From: Epithemia pelagica
Taxonomy: Eukaryota; Protista; Bacillariophyta
DNA: 64,000 nt
NCBI GenBank assembly: GCA_946965045.2
Contig: OX337233.1
Location: 2,294,001-2,358,000, forward strand
Direction of reading: 5' to 3'
A program made the position numbers and the translations under genes. This document shows positions 56,813 through 64,000 of the stretch, in pieces. The notes beneath the pieces were generated by a model. It was not told the origin of the DNA, ran no database searches, and saw only the letters and a list, made by a program, of their open reading frames with translations. How positions within the stretch are numbered: position 1 is the stretch's first letter; each line of letters opens with the position of its first letter.

Positions 56813-57580
56813 ATGACGGCAATGGGCCTAATCTCCATCTTCCTTATAGCTACTGTTGCTTGCTCCTATGCCACCGTCACAACCGTTGCTTTCACTCACT
56901 CAATCGCTGCCACTCGAGGTCACTCAAACTCGGTAGCAAATAGAGAATCCGTGCATGCCGATCGCTTTCGTTTCTATGCCATTCCATCGGCAGCTGAAGT
57001 CCGTTCAGGTCGATCTTTTCCCTCGCTGTTGAGAACCCAAAACAACGATGATGAAGTACATCCAGACTATTCAAATGAGGAAACTCTTTTAAAGATTCAT
57101 CTCATGACTCGGTCGGGTGTGTCTGTCGACGATGCGATGGAAGCTTTGTCAAAGTTCTGTCAATCATTTCCCTTTGCCGCAGTTTTGCCGGTCCAGCCTA
57201 TGCAGTACTTGCCCACAAAGGATCATGGAGTAGAGATTAAGTTTTTGCGCAAAAAGACGAGTACCAAAAGTGGAGTTGATGGGGGTATCCGCTTTTTCCT
57301 GAGTAAGATTTCTCACGACGACGACGATGTCTCAACGCACGAGGCACTACAGAGCAGAAATGTTTCGGACGATGCCAACTACGGAGTGATAGAAATTGTG
57401 GCCAAACGCAATTCTCTGGGCCAGACAGTTGCCAAAATCATGTCCGAGAAGCTGGTCATAACCGCTTTCACTAAGGCTCTGGTTCAAATGGATGACACAG
57501 CATCGGCACCAACGTCCTCCTCCCGCTCTTCGTTGGAAGGGAAAGTGTCTGTCACATCCATCTTTCACAAATGGATGTAA
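56813..57580 (+). CDS. Putative plastid-targeted protein of unknown function
   Basis: Signal peptide ending TVAF, transit-like stretch, conserved-looking FPFAAVLPVQP and GGIRFF motifs. Confidence 0.7.
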   Translation: MTAMGLISIFLIATVACSYATVTTVAFTHSIAATRGHSNSVANRESVHADRFRFYAIPSAAEVRSGRSFPSLLRTQNNDDEVHPDYSNEETLLKIHLMTRSGVSVDDAMEALSKFCQSFPFAAVLPVQPMQYLPTKDHGVEIKFLRKKTSTKSGVDGGIRFFLSKISHDDDDVSTHEALQSRNVSDDANYGVIEIVAKRNSLGQTVAKIMSEKLVITAFTKALVQMDDTASAPTSSSRSSLEGKVSVTSIFHKWM

Positions 57581-57740
57581 CCTTCATTATTTACGCTGAC
57601 GCGCAAGTCGCTCTTGAAATAGCTACTATGGACAAAGCACACCTAGTAAAAGAGGTTTTGGAGTCGTCGGTCGATTCATGCCATGCTCTTTCCAGTTTAA
57701 TAATGATACCATGTTCCAATCACTGTTCAAATGGGGCATT

Positions 57741-58025
57741 TCATGGAGCTTCCGCCATTGCTTTTCGCAAACGTCCAATTGTTGACCGTACCGTGACGGC
57801 AGCCGGTGTACTGAGTGTGTAGGCGCCACCTGCAATGACCTTTCGGCATGATTTGCATTCCCAAATACCGACACAGGTCCGCTTCACATTGTCCTTTCCA
57901 CAAAATACACATCGGTATGTACTGTGTTGAGACACTTCGATCTTCCGAAGCAATTTTCGCAAAGTGGAACCGTAGCGTGTTCCGTACTTTCCTGTGATTC
58001 CAACTTTCTTGGTGCGCTTTCCCAT
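57741..58025 (-). CDS. RPL37A: 60S ribosomal protein eL43 (L37a)
   Basis: [23 protein letters not shown] zinc finger, AGGAY; probable 5' UTR intron 58050-58123. Confidence 0.99.
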   Translation of the reverse strand: MGKRTKKVGITGKYGTRYGSTLRKLLRKIEVSQHSTYRCVFCGKDNVKRTCVGIWECKSCRKVIAGGAYTLSTPAAVTVRSTIGRLRKAMAEAP

Positions 58026-59375
58026 AGTTCGGTTCTATTGTGAGGTTACCTGAAAGCAATGCGTAAAACTCTTTAATGAGACATCGATCGTTACATATAT
58101 CCTTCGTATTGTTTTCACCTTACCCTTTTCCACTCGAGCGAAGTTGCAATACCCCCTTGGCAGCTCGTCGTTCCCAAAGTCCCCCGGAGATGAAAGAGAA
58201 ATAATAGTAACATGAAAAGAGGTAAAAGTTTTAGTCGTCGTAAAGTCGCACCAAAATGAAGGATTTTTTGGTTTAGTACATTATGCGTTATCTATAATAT
58301 TGTACACACCCGAAAAGAAGATACTGTGTCGCAGTTCGCAAGATTCGTCATGGGAAAATGAGCGTTGGACTGTGGGACTGTCTGTTGACTGTTTGAACTT
58401 TGAACTGTTCTGACGGCTGGCTGTGGACTGAGGATTCGTGGACGACAAGGAAACGGAATCGCATATAATTTCTAGCGTCTTCTGAATGATAATGACAATA
58501 GACTCATTTGATAAATATTTTCCTGGAACACTTGGGTTTCGTGACTCACCCTTTGCACGCGTAAGTTTTTTCAGTTGTGCGGACGCAGTTGCACCCCGGC
58601 GCGGGAGAAAGATACGACGTTCTCATCCAGGTGGAGTGCTTACGTGTACGTATTACTACCGATAGGCCTATGTTGACCCGGCCGTTCGGCTGTCCCAAAG
58701 AAGTCTCACGCTAGGGAAGAAGCTTCTCCGGGTGATTTGTGTGGCGACATCATTCAATTATTGCCCCTCTCACGCTCGGGGACCGCAACCGCACACTTTC
58801 ACTGCCTTCCCACAAACAAATCGCCTAGCGGCACCTTTTTCGAGGCCTCGTCAGCCCTTTTCCCCTTCCACCGATCATTTTCATCACGAGAGAAGTTGTT
58901 GAACGGTCTGTTGGGGAGGAGGAAAGAGCTTGGTGGAGGGCCCGAAGCAAGGGATTTTAGATGGTTTGGAGTGCTAAGTGGAATAATGTCGCAGTTACCG
59001 CCATATTCCACCTTCAGGACGGATGCAAAGGTCAGTGGGAATTCTTTGAACTTTCCATTCCGAGAAGATTCTTGAGTTTACCGAAGCTCAGGGAGCATCG
59101 GAGAGCGCAGTATCTCCTGTCGTTTGTTGATGAATCGTTCCTGGATAGATTATGAAAGGAGGATGCGGAACTCCATCAAACGTGGTGGACGAGGCATGGA
59201 ACGACTGTCTACAGTCAACAGAGCAATCTTAAGTCCTTAGGAACTAGAATCAAGAAATGTTCTCAGTGTTCCGTCCAGCAGACATTGTTGTCCTTTTCGC
59301 TGTATTGAAAACATATGGGATAGATTGATTGAATATATGACTCTCACGTTAATGTTCCTTGTTTCGGTGCAGCAA

Positions 59376-60815
59376 ATGATGTTTCCACAGGCGACTTCTC
59401 ATGGGGTAAGTTGGACCTTCGGACTTCGTGGAGCTGAAGTTGTTCAGATTCTCTTACGCACTTTGCTGTTATACTTGTCCCGTCTCCAATAGAACATATT
59501 GACTTTCAGACCACCTGGATTTAAGCAAACCCTGAATGTCAAGTTTCCGGACTCAAGATTAGCAGTATGTGAGAAGTGCAAGAAGAATTTCAAGACCAAG
59601 GATATGTGCCGCGTACGAAATGGCCATACAGATCCACCATGGACAACAGCCTATGTTTGCATAACGGTCGATGATTCTTGTATCGGCGAAGACGGAAATT
59701 TCATTGATAAGCCAATGACACTCCGAATGGTAACATGGCGACCTTTTGCAGTGCGGAAACCCTTCCACCAAAAAACGCCTGTTTGTGCCGCGTGTAAACG
59801 AACTAACAGAACCAGATCTTTCTGCAGAGAGAGACATAAGCACCGGCAGCTTCCATGGTGTACCGTGTATGTGCTCCTCTCTGCCCTTGACCAAGCTGAT
59901 CCAGCAACTGTTGTGGCCGGAGCTTCGAAACCCGTGGTTGAGGAGGATCAGAAAGTGTCCCCAGGGTCTCAGACCGGTGACGATCTGAAAGATGACTCCA
60001 AAGCCGACCAAGACAAGGACGACTCAGCATCGGACTCGCAATCAAACAGTGTGAAGCCGACAGGGAAACCTCCGAACGGCAAAAGGAGCGTAGCTGATAC
60101 CGCGTCTGCTTCTTCTGAGACAATATCAAGCGATGTGGATGATGCTGGTGATGATATCAACGAAATCGCTGAAAGTCGAACATTTCTTGCAAAGATTAAC
60201 TGTCGAGGGTGTTCAATTCATTGGCTTGATTTGGCTGATGTTGATGATAGTTCTCCTTCTTACGCTTCTCCGGATGGGGCTGGTGCGTTCTCCGCGGCAC
60301 TGATGACTCCACCACAAATCGATCCGAGTGCTGCGCAAGCGCACTACTACGCACATGCTCATTTTGCTCAGCAACAACATCAAAATGCACTGCAGTCTCA
60401 GCAGCAATACTTTTTCCAAATGCAACAACGCCAACATCAACAATATGCGCAGTGGCAGCAGCAATATGCGCAACAAATCGCACAAGCCGGTGCTGAACAA
60501 GGTACTGCAATGACTGCGGGAGATGCAGCCGCTGCCGCATCGCAGCAACGACGTCAAGGGGGTAATGACGCCGTTTCGCCGACAGCCGTAGTGACCGCCA
60601 GTCCACCGACTCTGCAGCATCAACAGTCCCAGCCTCTTGCCTGGGCTTCGTATTTTGCAGCACCATCTACTGGATTCTACTCACCACCGTCTCTTACTGC
60701 CGATTTATCCAACCAGGGACCTCATGATCCCTCACATTTATCAACTCATCAGCACCAACATCCTGGGGGAAATTCTGAAGAAGAGCCTGAAGCCAAGCGC
60801 AAGAGAATTGTATAG
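59376..60815 (+). CDS. Protein with two Cys/His zinc-binding repeats and a Q-rich region (putative transcription regulator)
   Basis: Exon 59376-59405, intron 59406-59492, exon to 60815. CEKC-x9-C-x5-H..PW and CAAC-x9-C-x5-H..PW repeats; C-terminal EAKRKR NLS-like. An upstream exon is possible. Confidence 0.7.
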
Positions 60816-61045
60816 ATTCCCATTCACGCAATGACAGAGTCTTTCATGTGCTATACGGCTATCGCTATCACCGATATTTTGAGAAGAGAAATGATCGAGG
60901 CATAAAGGTTGCAATTCTTCATCCAAGACATAAAATACAATACAACAGCGTGTTCCAGATACACACTTTCCAAATACACCTTTCCAGATAAACACATATA
61001 AACAAAGCCATATCATTTTTCAGTTAATTGTCATGTCGATAAGGT

Positions 61046-62389
61046 TCATTTGCGTTTCTTCTTCATGTAACCAAACTCCTGTACTTTTACTTCCTTTCTT
61101 CGCCAGTCCTTGTCAACTTTGACGTTCAGATCGAGAAACACTTTGGATCGGAAAAATTGTTCGAGTTTTTCGCGAGACGAGATTCCAATTGCTTTGATCT
61201 GTTCTCCTTGTTTACCAATCGCAATGATTTTTTGGCTATCTCTCTCCACCACAATATCTGCCCATATCCGTATCATATTATTGCCGCTTTCATTTTCATC
61301 GGGTTCTTTGAATGCTTTGATTCGAACTTCGCAACAATACGGGATCTCTTTTTTGAGGGTTTCAAATAAGGATGCTCGGATCAACTCGCTGGCAACAAAC
61401 CGATCTGTACGGTCAGTGAGTAGATCTTGGTCAAACATGGGAGGAGAAAGCGGCAAAAGCTCAGTTGCTTGCTCATCTGACAAGAACTGAACACCAGGGG
61501 GGAACATGCCGGGGACTGGTCGTCCCATGTCACGAATAGTGGCAGGAACGTCTGGCCCTCCTGTCAAGATCCGTCGCAACGTGGAGACACCTACATCTTT
61601 GCTTCCTTCTGAGGCGCACATGGGCAAAATGGCCAAGGCGTTCGGAAGCAAGCTACGCCATAGTGCCACGGCTGATTCAACAGTGAGTGTTTTGTCCTGG
61701 TTGCTCTCTGCGTCCGGGTTGACTACCGCGGCCAAATCCACCTTGTTCACGGCCACAATGACCGGCTTTCGGCTGTTTTGCACTTTTCGAAAGAGCTGGT
61801 CGTCTGGAATCGGAGTGCTAAACAGGTCAGTAACTACTAACAAGACATCGGCATCGTAAAAGGCACCCAGAACTGCTTCCATCATCCCCTCTTGCAGTTT
61901 GTAGGCCGGTTCTTCGATCACTCCTGGGGTGTCAACCAAGCAAAGCTGACAACTGGAGGTCGATAAGATACCAAGAATTGCATGACGCGTTGTCTGAGGT
62001 CTTGCCGTCGCGATGCACAGATCCTCTTCCAATAACGCGTTCATCAAGGTGCTCTTCCCCATATTGGGCGCCCCAAGAACAACCACAAAACCACATCGAT
62101 ATCCCTCATGGGGACTCCCCTTCATACGTCCACTGTAGTCAAAGGAATCGTCCAGAGTCGATAGGAGAGAATCCAAAGGTGGTGATGGTGGTGGTGAATT
62201 TCCGTCGTCGGCATCTCGAGACGATGCACGATGCAGGAAAACCTGGTGGTGATGCCAAAATTCTTTCGGTCTTGGTAAGGCAAAATTCGCAAACGCCAAT
62301 GCACCGGGCACGAGTTCGAGGTGGAATTTCACCGTCAGGAAAAATGCAAGCCAGCAAAGGTTTGACAGCTCTCGAGGACGAAATGCCAT
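61046..62389 (-). CDS. era: GTPase Era (with KH domain), probably plastid-targeted
   Basis: GAPNMGKST, RPQTTR, DTPG, NKVD, EIPY, VERDSQK..IG..G; signal peptide ending GALAF. Confidence 0.95.
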   Translation of the reverse strand: MAFRPRELSNLCWLAFFLTVKFHLELVPGALAFANFALPRPKEFWHHHQVFLHRASSRDADDGNSPPPSPPLDSLLSTLDDSFDYSGRMKGSPHEGYRCGFVVVLGAPNMGKSTLMNALLEEDLCIATARPQTTRHAILGILSTSSCQLCLVDTPGVIEEPAYKLQEGMMEAVLGAFYDADVLLVVTDLFSTPIPDDQLFRKVQNSRKPVIVAVNKVDLAAVVNPDAESNQDKTLTVESAVALWRSLLPNALAILPMCASEGSKDVGVSTLRRILTGGPDVPATIRDMGRPVPGMFPPGVQFLSDEQATELLPLSPPMFDQDLLTDRTDRFVASELIRASLFETLKKEIPYCCEVRIKAFKEPDENESGNNMIRIWADIVVERDSQKIIAIGKQGEQIKAIGISSREKLEQFFRSKVFLDLNVKVDKDWRRKEVKVQEFGYMKKKRK

Positions 62390-62944
62390 TGTTTCAATCG
62401 ATTCTACAGTCGACAGAGGAAATTAACATCACACCTTCGTGATTTTGATGTTGATGACGATGAAAAAGAATTTGAAACTGTGGTCAGACATAATCGAAGT
62501 TCGCTGCAGATGTCTTGAAATCTTACCAACGCTGTGGCAGCGATCGGGGATCGGGCTTGCTTGGCAAAGAGCGTGCGCCTTGCAGGTTGCAGGGCGCCGG
62601 ATGCGTTGAGTCGTTTTGGTCGCCCCAAAAAGATCGCGTCCGTTGAAAACAAAAATGAGTAGTTAAACTATGTCCTATACGAATTTTAGTACTCAACGCA
62701 ACAAATGATTCAGTGTGGCTCAGAAAGTAGGCGCGCCACAAAGTCCAACTCCCGCCAACGCCCCTGTTTCACGAAGGACCCCTTGTTTCGTGGATTTGTC
62801 ATAGTCTCGTTTGGATCTCCACAAGGCGAAGAAGCAGGAGGAAGAGGTTCAACACTGTTGCGGACTCAACCGACCTTTTCATTCTCCTCGACTCAACGAC
62901 ATCGTTCATACATCTATAGCGAGAAAGAGAAAGTAAACCTCACC

Positions 62945-64000
62945 ATGGCAGGGGTTCCTTTGACCTTTAGCGAGGCTCTCAACGTAAGTCACAATGACGG
63001 TCGGTCTGCATCTTTGGTGGTCTGTGGTTTTGTACGGTGGCTACGGTACTTCTACACGAAGTGAAACGAATAACCGTTTGAAGATACGGCGGCGAGAAAA
63101 TGATTTTGAAAAATGATCGGAAGCACATGGTGTTGGTCATGATGTTACCTCTATCTCATTGATACAAACAATGTGTATAAGAGCCGATTTGAGGAACAAG
63201 TCATTGCTTTTCTCTTTGTTGATACTACTGCAGTAAACACGAACAAAGACCGTCTTTGGATGCATTTTCGTCACTCTTCCAGGTTTCGAACTCACTGGTC
63301 CTTTTCTTCCCTTGACGTCTTTTGATCATGCATATCTATAGCTCCAACAATTGGGCGTCCCTGAGGCGAGCATCAAGCATGGCTTGACTTCTATGGAATC
63401 CGACAAATGGATCATTTGTGTGGAACCAAGTCAAGTGACGATGGTGGATCTTCAAAACGGTGCACAAGTTTCACGCCGTCCTATTCAAGCTGAGGCCGCC
63501 GTGATGAATCCCACACAGAACATCCTAGCTCTTCGCAGTGGCACAACGGTGCAAATCTTCAATCTCGACGCTAAGGCCAAAATCAAGGCTCACAACATGC
63601 CAGAACCTTTGGTATTTTGGAAGTGGACAAGTCCGACCAATATTGGTCTCGTAACTGCCACCTCGGTCTACCATTGGGCGTTGGACAATGCTGACCCTCC
63701 CAAGAAAATGTTTGATCGTTTGGACAAGCTTGGTCCCAACACGCAGATTATCAACTACCGCGTATCTCCCGACGGAAAGTGGTGCCTCCTCGGTGGAATT
63801 AGTGCTGGTGCTGGTGGTAGCGTGGATGGAAACATGCAGCTCTATTCGATTGAAAAGTCGGTTTCTCAGCATCTCACTGGCCATGCTGCTGCCTTCGCTA
63901 CCATCAAACTTCCTGGACGGGAAGATATGGCACAAGTGCTTGTCTTTCATGGAAAGACTGCGGGATCCACTGAACCTCCCAAGTTCTTTGTGCGAGAAAT
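62945..64000 (+). CDS. CHC: Clathrin heavy chain, N-terminal beta-propeller (partial)
   Basis: Not in ORF track. Exon 62945-62983 (MAGVPLTFSEALN), intron 62984-63341, then LQQLGVPEASIKHGLTSMESDKWI..RRPIQAEAAVMNP..LVFWKW..GNMQLYS open to the window end. Confidence 0.95.

Noticed and set aside
62984-63341. Intronic snoRNA in the long clathrin intron
   Set aside because: Only an imperfect box C (ATGATGT) with no properly placed CTGA box D or terminal stem.

Overview
Gene-dense eukaryotic nuclear DNA, most consistent with a pennate diatom. This is inferred from short GT-AG introns, signal-peptide+(A)F/W plastid-type leaders and a diatom-type Ty1/copia element. About 28 protein-coding loci are present. 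They include ubiquitin-eL40, eL43, a phosphate carrier, tandem P450s, tandem KEX1-like S10 carboxypeptidases, an RmlD-like reductase with a truncated duplicate, glyoxalase II, MED17-like, ArfGAP, OPA3, a two-pore K+ channel, an HTTM protein, Era, the 5' end of clathrin heavy chain and a class-C-GPCR-like 5' end missed by the ORF track. The 33-55 kb region is transposon-rich. It holds three unrelated short non-autonomous elements: a pogo/Tc2-like MITE, an inverted-repeat-bounded array of a palindromic 20-mer, and a fold-back element. It also holds a complete but mutated 8.4-kb copia LTR element (45248-53630, TG..CA LTRs, TGTAG TSD) inserted into the ORF of a 5'-truncated non-LTR RNase H element. 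The most striking signals are on the copia element. Its primer-binding site matches the anticodon arm of tRNA-Asn(GUU), suggesting half-tRNA priming by a non-Met tRNA, and it has an intact extra 259-aa ORF between the PBS and gag. Two host genes next to insertions carry single in-frame stops. No tRNA, rRNA or CRISPR loci were found. All family assignments are from motif recognition by eye; no searches were run.
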